From assembly GCF_000315625.1 (NCBI RefSeq), contig NW_005434623.1, positions 481,369-531,802 on the forward strand: a stretch of DNA of 50,434 nt, in the 5' to 3' direction. This document shows, piece by piece, positions 1 through 14,402 of the stretch. The stretch is from Guillardia theta CCMP2712. Its lineage: Eukaryota > Protista > Cryptophyta. Each line of letters begins with the position of its first letter. The first letter of the stretch is position 1. The notes under the pieces were generated by a model. It saw only the letters and a list, made by a program, of their open reading frames with translations, ran no database searches and was not told where the DNA came from. The position numbers were made by a program, and so were the translations under genes.

Positions 1-6
1 CGAGAC

Positions 7-139
<133 letters not shown>

Positions 140-211
140 GAGGAGGAGGAGATGCAGGGAACGAAGGCATACGCTATTCAGGAACAATTTAAGTGAGGAG
201 GGGTGGCTCTT

Positions 212-1967
<1,756 letters not shown>

Positions 1968-2608
1968 GCCGAGCGAAGGCGGCTCAGTCTCCCACCATGC
2001 GGGGCAGGAGGGACGAGAGGGGACTGGGCAGACGCAGGAGGATCAGCAAGGCGAAAGAGAAGAGCAGGAAGGGAGGGGGGGACGGTGGGGAAGCAGGAGG
2101 GGAAGAGGGGGGGGGGGAGAGCAGGAGGGAAGGAGGGGGGGAGAAGTAGCGGGGGAGGGCAGAAGGGATTCCAGGCCCTACCAGTAAAAGGGAACCCTAA
2201 AGCTGAACTCTGAGACGGGGAAATATTGGGGGATGGGGGGTGAAGGAGGAGGAGGAGGAGGAAGGAAGAGAGGGAAGGAGCATGATGAGGTAGAGAAAGC
2301 TCACAAGGTGAACCGTCAAACAAGTGAGGGATGAAAACAATCAGAAGTGAAGTGACAGACGTTACGAGGACGAGAGGTGGTGGAGACAACGCTTTGATCA
2401 TGACCACGTTGATGGACAAGAAAGGTTTGAGAAGGAGGAGGGAGATGACAACAATGGAAGATGAAGAGAGCAGGAAGATGGAGAAATGATGAGAGATTGT
2501 GCTCAACAAACTGAGTGACGAGTCTGCTAGGGGCTTGAAGTAAAAGCTTTAGTTACGAGAAACAGGGCTGTACATGTCGTGCCCTCCTTTTCTATCTGCT
2601 AGTCTCTT

Positions 2609-4952
2609 CTATCTGCTTTTCTTGCTCCGCTTGACGCCTGCTGGCGGACAGTAAGGGCAGAAGGGGCAGCAAGAAAAGCTTCTGCTTACCTTGCTTCTTC
2701 CACTTGGGCGTCTTCTGGCCCTGCTGCTTCTTGAGAGCTTTCCTTCCCTTCTGCTTGAAGTCTTGCTGCAGCTCCGAAAACTAGCAAGGGTCAGCCTCGC
2801 ACCTCCTCCCTCCTCCTCGTCTTCACCTTCCGCTTCAAGTACGGGTTGAGGCGCTCGTCGCTCAGAATCTCCTCCGCTAGATTGGGCCTGGCAGAGGTTG
2901 AGTTGCTCTTCGATGCCTGAAGACAGGAAGCGAGAAGATGGATGGGGGAGGGAGAGCAGCAGCACAAGCAGCGGCAGGACACCTTTGCTCTTTCCTCTTT
3001 AGCCTCGACGAGTAGAACTCAGCAGAGGTGCTCATCACGGTTCCAACCTGCAGCAACAAATCAAATCAAATCAAATCAAATCAAATCAAATCATGAATTC
3101 TCCTCTGGTGGCCTCTTCTTGCTTTCTCTCCTTGTTTTCTGACTTCCTTCTCTCTTGCTCTTCCTCTCGTCTCCACACCTGGAACAACTTGGGCGTGTTT
3201 TGAGGTTTTCTTTCTTCTTTGCGGTAGTGGCGCTTGGGGTCGATGGCATGCCTGGGGTGTTTGAGCTTAGAAGAGACAAGACGTCGATGGCATGCGCGAG
3301 CAGCAGTGCAAAGCAACAAACCTGTTGGCAATGAGCGCGATGGTATACTTGGCATCTCGATCAAGAGGAGAATTCTTCATGCCTGCAAGCAGCTCAACTT
3401 ATTCTCACTCTCACTCGCTTCCTCTCCTTCCGACACCTCAGACTCTCTCCTCCTTCCCTTTCCTCCACGCGCCCCTCTGTCTAGTTCATTCTCTCCTCTC
3501 TCACCGAACCAATCTTTTTCTCGCTTCGTCTCAGCGTCAGGTCTGTTTTTTTCTCGCATTCGCTCCTTCTCCACCTGCGGACTCATCAGCATCACTCCCT
3601 CTCATCAGCATCATTCTCTCTCAGCGTGGCTTACCGTCAACTTCTTGTCGATTCCTATCAGCTTGCTCTTGCTTGTCAATGTCTCCGCGAGGCTGCAGGA
3701 AGCGTGAGGTCGCCAGCCCTCGCAACGGCTGCTCTCACTCTTCGCCTCTCCTGCTGCTCACGTTCCCTCCCTGCAAACGCTGCATAAGGCCAGCAAGGCG
3801 CAAGGCAAGTCAGACCAGGTGGGTTGAGAGGCTCGTTGCCAGCTGTCGCTTCTTCTTCTTCTCCTTCACCCTCTCAGACTCTCATAGCAAGTGCTACAGC
3901 AGCACCTTGTCGCCTAACAGCCCCGCTAGATTCTTCTTGAGGAGAGACCCTAGAGTCTTCCTCTCTCCTCCTGCCTGCCTGTCTCCAGCCTTGATTGCTT
4001 TCTTGCTGAAGAGCGATAGCCCCGAAAAGATGTTCTACAGCAAGCAATCAGGCATCTAATCGTTTCATGGGCAACTGACCGAGTCCTCGAGCTTCGTGTC
4101 CTCCGCATCCTCCCCGCTCTTCTCTGCCTCCGATGACTCTGACTTGGTGTCTTCCTCGTGCTGTGAGGCTGCACTGCTCTCGACTTTGCTGGGAAGGACT
4201 CGAGGTGTTGTATGTATCTTCTCCTTCTCGATGCCTTCAGCATTCCTGCTACCTGCTGGTGTGTCGGCGTCTCTGTCTTGCTTTGCTTGCGATGCTGCAT
4301 CTGCCTCTGCCTCCTCCTCTCGCGCTTGCCCCTGCGTTTGCGCTTGTCTTGATTTCACCTGAAACTCAACAATGCGAGCAACTAGATCAGCTTTGAGCCC
4401 CGAAGATGTGATGCCAAGTGCGATGCAATCTTTCTTCAGCTCATCTTTCACTTTGGCTGAGAGCTCTTTCTGCAACCTCTTGGTGAATGCCTCATCATCA
4501 TCCTGCCTGTTTTGTCCCTCCCCTCCTTCAACGTCATTATTGGCTTCCTTGCCCTTAACCTTTCGCGCCTGATGAGCTCTAGACTGTTAAATTGATGTCA
4601 GAGGAGCAAGAATAGAATCTCTACGCTGCCTCTCCTCCATGCATCTATCTATCTATCTATCTATCTATTCATCCCTCCCCCTCCCCCTCTCCCTCTCCCT
4701 CTCCCTCTCCCTCTCCCTCACCATTTTACGAATTTGTCTTCACGTGCCCTCAGGATTGGCCCTCGTCCCCTCAAGATTGGCCCTCGTCCCCTCATCCACT
4801 GGTCCCCTCGTCCCCACCATTGCCCGCATCGACATGGCTGGGAAACGCGAGGACCTGGTAGGATGAAAGCGTCGGAAGAGGGGCGGCGACGATGGCGCAA
4901 GATGTTGGAGGAGAGCAGCAGGTGATTGTCGACATGTCAATGACCAGCTCAA
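2609..4952 (-). CDS. Multi-exon SAP-domain protein; start uncertain (could extend to ~5255)
   Basis: Exon at 4360-4580 encodes LSAKVKDELKKDCIALGITSSGLKADLVARIVEF, matching the SAP motif (ELK..L...GL..SG.KADLV.RL). Downstream exons splice to ...KKQAGVKRSKKSR* (TAG 2611-2609). Confidence 0.6.
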
Positions 4953-5409
4953 GCTGAGCTACCAGGTCTCTGGATTCCCTCCATGATCGAACGAGAAAGA
5001 TATGGACCATAGTGGGAGTCGGGGTCTTGTACCTTCTATTCAAGGTTCGGATCTTGCTGCTAACGGATCATGCACGTGTGATGACAGAGTCTCATGTTGC
5101 AGCTCAGTCGAAGTAGTGGGAGAAGTGAATTCGTGGGCAGGATCGTGCTTATTGGGACGATCATCCTTGTGTTCAAGTGAGTTGCGAGCTGGTCTCTGGT
5201 AACACTGATGTCTCTGCACCTGTCGCAGCTTGAGCAAGAAAACTTCGAGCGGCAAGGGTGGGGGGGGGATAAGCTATGGCTCAATCGGGACATCGAGACG
5301 AAGAAGCTATCGGCAGCGAATGAGGAGAGGGATACGAGAATTTTATTACAAGCTGTTTGGTTCAGTAGTTGAGGTGGACTGCTCTAGGACTGACTTCAAA
5401 CTTCGTGGA

Positions 5410-5903
5410 ATGAAACAAGGAAGGGAGAAGGGGAGAGAGAGAACAAGTGAGAGGGGGACGCGGGAAAGTGGGGGGAGAGACATCAAGAGCAGCAGTTCAG
5501 GTGGTTTCGTAAGTGACCGACGGCAAGCAGGGAAGCCCCTTGCCTCCTCGCTCATCCAGGAGATGCAGGACTCAGCCAAGAAGATTACGCAAGAGCTTCG
5601 AGACTCGTCGCCCGCTGCTAAACCATGGCTGGCTGCTACATCGAACCAACAAACGATCGAGTGTTTGGAAAGGAAGGAACAATTACTGGACGCCAAGATG
5701 GAAGACATGCGCAGACTGTTACGGATAGGTAAGGAGTGCGCAAGAGAAATAAGAGGGAAGAGGGCACAAGCGAGACTCTGTTCTGTTTCCTCTACTTCTT
5801 CCTAATCTGTTCATGCAGACGCGCAACAGATTGTCAGCTTCCGCGATGACTTCACAAGCAAGCGCGAGCAAGAAAGACAATCGTCATCTACGGACACTGC
5901 CTG
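5410..5903 (+). CDS. Small coiled-coil hypothetical protein; start uncertain
   Basis: Exon ...LIQEMQDSAKKITQELR...KMEDMRRLLRI, GT-AG intron ~5729-5818, last exon DAQQIVSFRDDFTSKREQERQSSSTDTA*. Confidence 0.45.
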
Positions 5904-6055
5904 ACATGACTGAGCATGTTGTGCTGCCGCTCATGATGTCACTCGACAACGTTGCAGTTGAAAGAGGTGCATGCAGTCAGGTGCTTGTTTGATTCGAATT
6001 AAAATTAGATGAGAAGGGAAGGAGAACTCTAAAAAGTCACCGCTGACCTCAAACC

Positions 6056-6499
6056 TCACTTTGCCTTCATCTTGCTGGCGTTGATAATCGACAAGATGAG
6101 CATCGTCAGGTAGACTACGAACCAGGCGGCATGGTAGAAGATGCCAAGCAAGATTGATTTCTTGATGCTTGACTTAAAATCCGCATGGAACACTCGAGAA
6201 GCATCCACTCGCCACTTGCCGGCCGTGTAGTTTGACAGCTGGTATGCGAGGTAGGGAACGTTGAGCAGCAGCAGCACCCACTGCCAGTCCAACATCAGCC
6301 ACAGCATGCTTGCCCCCAGCACCATGAGCTCCATCGGATAGATTCTGTTCATGTCTCGCGCAAAGTCAGTCGGGTTCAAGAAGTCGCCCTCGAGCTCGGC
6401 GACCTTGAGCTGCTTCCAGGACTGCAGCAAGATCTGACTCACGTTGCACACAAAGGTGATGAGCTTAGCCCACGCGTCCCAGGAGGAAAGAAACACCAT
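6056..6499 (-). CDS. Cornichon/Erv14-family ER cargo receptor, 147 aa
   Basis: ATG at 6499. ELEGDFLNPTDFARDMN..YPME..., WQWVLLLLNVPYLAYQ and VDASRVF match the cornichon consensus (DLE.DYINP.D...LN; W...LLN.P...Y; YD.T.IF). Three hydrophobic helices. Confidence 0.88.
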   Translation of the reverse strand: MVFLSSWDAWAKLITFVCNVSQILLQSWKQLKVAELEGDFLNPTDFARDMNRIYPMELMVLGASMLWLMLDWQWVLLLLNVPYLAYQLSNYTAGKWRVDASRVFHADFKSSIKKSILLGIFYHAAWFVVYLTMLILSIINASKMKAK

Positions 6500-6505
6500 G
6501 AGCTC

Positions 6506-6572
6506 AGACAAGGACAAGACCAGGACAAGACCAGGACAAGACCAGGACAAGACCAGGACAAGACCAGGACAA
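6506..6572 (+). repeat. 11-bp tandem repeat (CAGGACAAGAC)n just upstream of the cornichon ATG
   Basis: About 5-6 units seen directly. Confidence 0.9.
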
Positions 6573-6899
6573 GGCTCGGAGAAGGCTCGGGGAAGGCTCG
6601 GAGAAGGTGGGGCAGCAGGCAGGCAGGAGAAGGGATGTGCGTGCCAAAGGCCGACAATAGCCAAGGGTCCAACCCGCCTCAGAGTTTTTGAAGGATACCC
6701 ACAAGCAGACCCACAAGTGAATAATAGCAAGCAGTGAGTTATTCAAATTTACTGTCTTTGAGTTGAAAATAAGATCAGCAGTGAGGTGGGCTTGCTTTCA
6801 CGCTGAACATGTCCAATGCGCCTCGTGGTTGGGTGAGGGAAAGGGGCGAGGGGGAAGAGGAGGAGGGAGGGAGGTAAGAGAGCTGTACCAGGTGCGGGG

Positions 6900-7044
6900 G
6901 ATGGAGACGGTGATGACGATGAAGCCACAGAGAGGAGAAGCACGGCGATGAGACGGTGATGAAGATGAAGCCACAGAGAGGAGAAGCACGGCGATGAGAC
7001 GGTGATGAAGATGAAGCCACAGAGAGGAGAAGCACGGCGATGAG
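6900..7044 (+). repeat. 46-bp minisatellite, ~3 copies (GATGAGACGGTGATGAAGATGAAGCCACAGAGAGGAGAAGCACGGC)
   Basis: Three near-identical units between the divergent cornichon and Sel1 genes. Confidence 0.93.
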
Positions 7045-10000
7045 ATCGCTCACGCTCCCTTGCCTCCTGGTCGCACTCATTCTCGTGCTCCCTGTTGGAG
7101 CTCGGTGCTGCTCCTACAGTGAGATAGGGCAACTGCCTGCACCTGCTTGTCGATCCACGTGTGATGTCTCTCTCTTCCTTCGGCGTCTGCAAGTATCACG
7201 CATTCGAGTGGCAGAACTGCGCGGGGGTCAGGAAGTGAGTGGCGAGAAGAGGAGGCAGGTAGAGAGTAGACCCGTCAAGGACAGGAAGAGCCATGCTTCC
7301 GTCAAGAAACCTCTCAAGAACCTTCGATTGCAAGGTGACACATACCTGCACATCACTGCTTGCTGCATGAGGATGACATTGCCATGACAGCTCTGTTTCA
7401 CGCCGCACGCAATGGCAACGCAACAGCGCAGTATGAGCTGGGGATGCTTCAGATCCAGTGGCTGGAGAGGACCAGGCCTGAGAGTCGCTCCATCGTCTGT
7501 GCGAGAGCCGTCAAGTGGGTTCAACGAGCAGCGGAGGGAGGCTGCATGGCGGCAGAGGAGACCTTGGCTTTGTGGACACTAGAAGGAAGCCATGGAGTGC
7601 CGAAGAATCAACGTGCGAGCACCTCGTGCTGTCTTGCTTCTCTTACCCTGACTGTGAGCAGGGAAAGGATTTGAGCATATGCTCGCGTTGGCTCACAGGG
7701 GTTCCTTTCTCTGCATGCGGAGGGCTGGGTACTGCCTGGACGAGGTGATTCAAGTTCTTTCCTTCCCCGGGTGACCATGGCAGGGCGTCGGCGTCGATCG
7801 AAACCGAACGGAGGGCATCCGGTGGTACCGACGATCTGCCGAAGAGGGAGACGACCCCGCCGCCATGTACAACCTCGGCGTCTGCTACTACTATGGGCAT
7901 GGAGTCCCCAAGAACGTCTCACAGGCACTCCTGCTCGCTCTTAGCGCGTGTGACTGATGGAACAGGCGTGCGAATGGCTGAGAAAGGCAGCGCTGTGGGG
8001 CAGAGACGAGTGGGTGCAGGTGAAGGAGGGAGCGGGAGAGCTGAGAGAGAAGAAACTGAGAGTGAAGGAAGAAACTGAGAGAGAAGGAAGAAAGAAAGCG
8101 ATAGGGAGAATTGAGACAGCAAAAGACCAGCTGGTGCACGATAGCAACAATGACGAGGGCAAGGAGAAGGTGGCAAAGGAAGTAGCAACAGGAGCAGCAG
8201 AAGCAAGAGGAGGAGGTAGTAGTGGCGGTGGTGGTAACGGCAGATCAGGTGAACGAATACGCGAGTCAATTGAAGTCTCTTGGGTACGCGAAGGCTCAGT
8301 TCATGCTCGGCATATGCTACCTGAATGGAGTAAGTGACTTGTCAAGGGGGGGGAGGGAGTTTAAGAGCTCTAGGAGTGACTGAGAGGCAGGAAGGAGTTG
8401 AAGTGGACCACGAGACGGGAATTGAGCTGCTTTCATATGCGGGCGAGCAGAACCACACGGACTCGCTGCATCTGCTAGGAACGTGCTTCTATGAGGTGAG
8501 GGCGATGGAACAGCAGCGATAGCCTCCTCTTCTCTCTCCTGTTCCCTTCCTGATGGAGGAGCAAGGGCCTCGCTCTCGACGAACCCGACTACCTTCAAGC
8601 CTTCACGTGCTGGAGCAAGGCCGCGAGCCTCGGCTGGTTCCTGACACTCCATCCCCATGCTGAGCTGATGAGGATGCAGCCTCAAGTCCAAGCACAGGAT
8701 AGCTATGTGCTACAGCGAAGGCAAAGGAGTCAAGCAAAACGAAAGGAAATGTGCAGCTCTGCTACTAGAGAACGCAGGGTGCGGTTGGAATGAGTCGCTC
8801 AAGGTGAAGGCAGGAGGAGGAGGTGGTGGTGGTGGTGGTGAATGAGCTGATGCCCAGTAGCTTGCAGGCTTGTGCTACATCGAAGCCAAGGGTGTGAAGA
8901 GAGATGAAGAGAAAGGGCTAGACCTCTACATGCAAGCGACTGGAGTGAGCATGGCGCAGGTTTTGGACCTAGCAGAGAGTGACGGCGGTGACGTCGAGTG
9001 TGTGCAGGCTCAGTATGAGATTGGACGGAGGTTCCTCAAGGCAGAAGGATGGCTCAAGACGCCAAACGAAGAGCGAGCTGTGTCATGGCTGGCACGAGCA
9101 GCAGACGAGCAGCACCTGGAGGCCATGGTTCTTCTTGCTCCTCTCCTCATGGACGGTAGCAAGGGAGGTGCAGCGTTAGGCTTGAGGTGCTTCAAGTGCA
9201 GCTCCTCTCCTCACGCCCTCTGACGCTGAGGCAGGAACGTGTCTCGAGGAGTGAGCTTGATAGCTCATGCTGCTGAGAGCGGGCATGCAGGGGCTCAGCT
9301 GGCCTTGGGAGACTATTACCACAAGGGCTTCCATCGCTTCCACAAGGATCTCAACCTGGTGAATGTAGTCTTGTCTCAAAGTGTTTCGCTTCACCTTGCT
9401 CTACCTCGACCCACATCTCCTTGCTGTCCTCCTCCTCTCCAACATCTCACCTCACTTGTACTCCTCTCTCGCTCCCTCTCAAGCCTTCCTACTTTCTCAG
9501 CCTAGCTAAAGTCCAGCTGGCAGGCGACCACGTGGTGGTCGAGGGCAGCGAGTCAAGGGAACGAGGAGGCGAAAGTTGGTCTCGTTGCTGACAGTGCGGG
9601 AGCTGACGGGACGCAGACGAGGCTGGGGAAGCTCTATGCCCGCAAAGGCAACGTGAGTGGCGTTGACCAGACCATTCGGCTGGAAGAGGAGGAAGAGGAC
9701 GAGTACGTCAAGCTTGCCGCGGAGAACGGAGACCCCAAGGCAAGGAAGGAGAGTGACTTGACTCGCTGACGGGTCTTCACGACAGGCTCAGGTCGTGTTT
9801 GCTCGACGGCTACTTGGCAGCCAAGACATGCGAGAAAAGGGGGAGGCGGTGCTGCTGCTACAACGGGCAGCTCTGACAGGAGAAGCTGAAGCGATGTACG
9901 AGTACGGTCGCCTCCACCTCGATGGGAACCTGGTGAGGCCACAACAGATGCATGTTTGCCTATCGTTAACCATGAGGAAGATGCATAGGAGCGCGGAGAC

Positions 10001-10538
10001 AGCATACCGATGGTTGCGGGGAGCCGCTAAGAAAGGGAACACAGATGCGATGTTTGCAGTTTCTCGCATGCTGATGGAGGGGGAGGGGGTGGAGAAGCGA
10101 GAGAGGAGAGGACGTCAGGTATACGTGCAGCTCCTCCTCCCTCTACTCACTTCCTGCAGTGGCTCACAATGGCTGCTAAACGCGGCCATGCCCGCGCCAT
10201 GTTCAACCTCCACCTCCTCCTGCGTGGTGATGGCAGAGGCGACCCACAAGAACTTCGAGAGGTGCCTGAGAGAGGAAGAGGGGGGGGGGGGCAGGGATGG
10301 AAGGATCGGATGACTGACTATGAGACCACCACAGGCGAACGTCTGGCTCGAGCGAGCAGCGAGTGCTGGGCATCCCAAGGCACAGCTCTCTCTTGCTGTC
10401 AACTGGATGCAACAGGAGAACAACAGCACGGGGGGAACGCAAAGCGAGAGGATGCAGGACGCCATCAAGCTCCTTCAGAGCGCAGCAGCAAGCGGATATC
10501 AGCCTGCTCGAGCTCTTCTCATGCGAGCAAGACATTAA
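7040..10538 (+). CDS. Sel1-like repeat (SLR) protein with probable signal peptide, many exons
   Basis: N-terminus MRSLTLPCLLVALILVLPVGA. Repeated Sel1 motifs such as AARNGNATAQYELG, AAESGHAGAQLALGDYYHKG, AAENGDPKAQ, AAKKGNTDAMFAV, AASAGHPKAQLSLA. Stop TAA at 10536-10538. Confidence 0.85.
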
Positions 10539-10552
10539 CGTCATGGAACAGC

Positions 10553-11046
10553 ATCTACTTCTGCCATCCCTCCGTCAGCTCCCCCAGCATGCTTCTCTCC
10601 TCTCACCTTGTCTTTCAGCTCTGCCTCTCTAGCCGCCTGCCGCCGTATCGAGCACCTCTGCCCATCGACCCGGCAACGCCTGAGCAGCCGTCATCACCTC
10701 CAGCCCCTCGAGCTCAGACCCTCACCCGGAAGCCTCGCAGGGCTCGTGAGGAGGATACCTGAGATGTCTCAACTCTCATCCGCTCCTCCTCTCCCTCCGC
10801 CCCCTCACCGGCAGTTGGTGCTCGGGCTACCTGCTGCGGTGCATGGGGGCGGTTGCCTCTTGCTCATAGCAACGCGCCCATGAGGCACGACAGGAGGAGA
10901 CCGGACGGGGAGCCGAGCGGGAGAGAAACCTGAAGCCTTGAGAGATAGGAAGGGAGGAGTCAGTGGAACCATCAAAAGTGAGACTGGTTCACCAGTGTCA
11001 TCGCCAGGGTGAAGCATACAATCACCTTCACAATCAAGTTGTTCAT
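10553..11046 (-). CDS. Possible small multi-exon hypothetical protein
   Basis: GT-AG bounded segments can be joined to ...YPPHEPCEASGRCRVDGQRCSIRRQAAREAELKDKK*. No known domain. Confidence 0.25.
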
Positions 11047-11586
11047 GCTCGCCCTCGTTGTCTGCTGTATCACTCAGTGAAGCAACTCTGACCTGATCTC
11101 ACGTGTTTCCCTCCTCTTCCTCTCTGCCTTTGCAAACACACACAAGCCCTCCTTGCTCCCTTCCATCTTTCCTTGCTCAACCCTGCTGAGCTTCTATGCT
11201 CCTTGAATGTCCTTCATGTCGCCTAGTTGTTGGCTAGGGCACGGTGTTGCCCTGCAGCATATGGCCGGGAGCCTCCGAGCGCGCCCCGCGCACGGGCTCA
11301 GCGGCCGGGCGGGAGTCTCAGCAGCGGCCGACCGGTCCGGGCCCCGGCGGAGGCCCAGTACACGGCTTCCCGCGTGGGCTGGCAGTGCAGGGGCTGGGGT
11401 CAGTCACGTTGCAACCAGACCGCCGCCGGGACCCTCAACCGGGCCACCCAGCGCGAGTCGACAGTGCCAGTGCGGACCCCGGGCCGATAACAATGGGCCG
11501 GAGACCAGGTTTATCACTGAGGGGAATAAATCGGCCACCTCGACAAATGGCCGACAGGGCAGGAAGAAGAAGACCCGGCATACAAG

Positions 11587-12240
11587 TTGCCATCCGAGGG
11601 CCACCTGCTAGAGTTTGCGAGGTTCAAGCGGGAGCTTCCGCATAGTCGGGGAGGGGACGAGTTCACGCCCTCTGAGGGTCTACACCCCGCTGTTTACTAT
11701 ACGGCTATCGCTCGCTTCCTCGCTTGGTACTCTGACCAGCCCATGTCCCGGACCTTGCCCTCTCCTCATAGCCTGGACGTTCACTGCTCGAGATCTCTCC
11801 GTGCCCAGAAGCATCCTCTGGCGACCTTCTTCGTTGAGGCGCACGACTTCGTTCATAATGCTGGAGCGATCCTCTACCGTCGTGTCAAGGCTCCTGCACC
11901 GGCTGCAGATGGCGCGGCGATCCCACCTGCCCCGGCTGCTGTGCCTGATGACGCAGGACGCCCCCCGGCATCTGTGGTACACATCCCTGGTTTGCGCGCT
12001 CTCGTCGACTCGTCTCATGAGCACTTCATTCCTCCCCCTGCGCAGCGAAATGTGACCCCTCTTGTCATGCGCGTCTTCCCTCGCCATGTGCATGCTCGCG
12101 CTGCGCTGACCGATCAGCAGCGTGATATCCTCACCTTGCACAGCCGCAGGACACACTCGCTCAAGTCGCAGGATAGGGTCTTGCAGTCTACCATCTTCGC
12201 TCATTTTCCTGAGCGAGACCTGAGCCACTCTCCCCACCAC
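11587..12240 (+). pseudogene. Retrotransposon ORF fragment, probable post-RT thumb/linker region
   Basis: ELPHSRGGDEFTPSEGLHPAVYYTAIARF resembles the LP..GG.G.....AY motif that follows the RT domain in RLE-clade LINEs. Truncated at an ACCAC microhomology junction with the next copy. Confidence 0.55.
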
Positions 12241-12935
12241 TGACTCGGCTACCGCTGACTCGGAGGCTAGCGAGGAGGACTACCTCGAGCGGTACCGTGT
12301 TCCTGTGTCCAGCCTCCCTCCGTCCGCTGCCCCAGGCGGACCCCCGGGCAGCGCCGGCTCCTTGTCGGCGGCTGCCCTTTCTCCGTCCGCGGCCGCCCGC
12401 TTTGTGGCGGCAGCGGACGTCTCGACTGACAGTGGTCAGTCGGCTGCCTCCGGGTATCGCGTCTAAGGGATTTTCTTCCTCCTGCATGCTCCTGCTGCTT
12501 GTTGCTTGATTGCTTGACCCTTAGGCTGCTTGTCTGCGCGGCTTCGCGCTTGGGCTGGCGATGCCGCGTCTGGGTGCCAGCAGTGCTGGTTCTTTCCGGG
12601 CATGTGTTTTGTGTGTGTTTGTGCAGCTTCTCGCTGTGGACTGTGTGCCTGGAGGTTCAGCTTGTTCCTGCTTTGTTTTGCTTGAGGCACTTTTTACCCT
12701 CTGCCAGTAAAGCCTATACATCTGCGACGTTGGGTGCCTCCCCACCCGGGCAACGCCGGCTCCTTGTCGGCGGCTGCCCTTTCTCCGTCCGCGGCCGCCC
12801 GCTTTGTGGCGGCAGCGGACGTCTCGACTGACAGTGGTCAGTCGGCTGCCTCCGGGTATCGCGTCTAAGGGATGTTCTTCCTCCTGCATGCTCCTGCTGC
12901 TTGTTGCTTGATTGCTTGACCCTTAGGCTGCTTGT

Positions 12936-14402
12936 CTTCTCCATGGCATGCCGATCTGCCAGTGTCCGACGGAATGTGATGGATGTCAGCGCGAGCTCGA
13001 TCCCTCCGTTGCTGCACATCATCTCCAGACCTGCAAACGCCGATCCTCCAAGCTTCCCACGGCGCATGACAACCTTACTCGTACGATTCGGTCGATGCTG
13101 AACGAAGCTGGTCTTCAGAGTGTCATCGATACAGTGGGGGATCCTCGTTCTCGACGGCAGGTACCCTCCCATCCTCATGGCCGCAAGATGAAGGGCGATA
13201 TCCACATCCCTGGAATCCGCGATCGAGGGTCCGAGCAGTACGAGGGCTTGATGGCGGACGTGACGTTGGTCCACCCTTACATCGGTAGCTCTGCCGACCT
13301 GACCAAGTGGGGGGAGGTCAACCTCGACGCCCTCCATGCTGCAGCGTCTGAGAAGATTCGCAAACATCGCGCTGCATATGCCATGACTACTCCTCCTCGA
13401 GCGTTCATCCCTCTTGCCATCTCGACGGACGGTACCCTGCATCCTGACACCCTCCGCTTCATCTGGTATCTCGGTCCACCCTTACATTGGTAGCTCTGCC
13501 GACCTGACCAAGTAGACCAAGTGGGGGGAGGTCAACCTCGACGCCCTCCATGTTGCAGCGTCTGAGAAGATTCGCAAACATCGCGCAGCATATGCCATGA
13601 CTACTCCTCCTCGAGCGTTCATCCCTCTTGCCATCTCGACGGACGGTACCCTGCATCCTGACACCCTCCGCTTCATCTGGTATCTCGCGGACATCATTCC
13701 TCAGCGCTCGATGCCTCTTGAGGATGCGGCGTTTGGTCGGCACTTCGTGCCTGATGACGGCCCTGCTGCTGAGGTCTTGGCTCGCAAACGCTCCGCCACC
13801 TATCAGCGCCTCACCATGCAGCTTACGCTGGAGGCGCTCTTGTCTGGTGCGAGGCGCATGACGCCCTTGCGGGCGCAAGCACTTCTCGAGCCAGAGGACA
13901 GCTCCTCCTCGGACTTTGTCGAGTCGCCCGAGGGGAGTCTTCGCCGGAGGTCTCCGACTCCGATGGGGGAAACCCTTCGAGTGGCCCCGACGATCGGCGC
14001 GGAGCTGGCGAGGCGTCTCCGTCCCTCACTGTGACGTCGGGTGCCTCCGGAGAGCTCGACACCACTGGGGTGCTTGCTGCTGGTCCGAGCTCGCCTGCTT
14101 CCTCCCCGGCATCGGTCGGGTCACGCCAGTCCTTGGGCATTGCCGCGGCGTCGCCGCCGTCACGGGCGGCTACCACTGACTTGGCTACCGCTGACTCGGA
14201 GGCTAGCGAGGAGGACTACCTCGAGCGGTACCGTGTTCATGTGTCCAGCCTCCCTCCGTCCGCTGCCCCAGGCGGACACCCGGGCAGCGCCGGCTCCTTG
14301 TCGGCGGCTGCCCTTTCTCCGTCCGCGGCCGCCCGCTTTGTGGCGGCAGCGGACGTCTCGACTGACAGTGGTCAGTCGGCTGCCTCCGGGTATCGCGTCT
14401 AA
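12936..14402 (+). pseudogene. Retrotransposon C-terminal ORF: CCHC zinc knuckle + restriction-like endonuclease + long Ser/Ala/Pro tail, disrupted
   Basis: CQC..CDGC...HHLQTC (knuckle), AHDNL (RHD/RHN motif), KGDI...DVT...EKIRKH...FIPLAISTDG (PD-(D/E)xK-type RLE). Broken by a ~205-bp duplication and a frameshift near 13930. Stop ...GYRV* at 14400-14402. Confidence 0.85.

Noticed and set aside
2193-2200. Single AACCCTAA telomere-like word
   Set aside because: One copy only, expected by chance.
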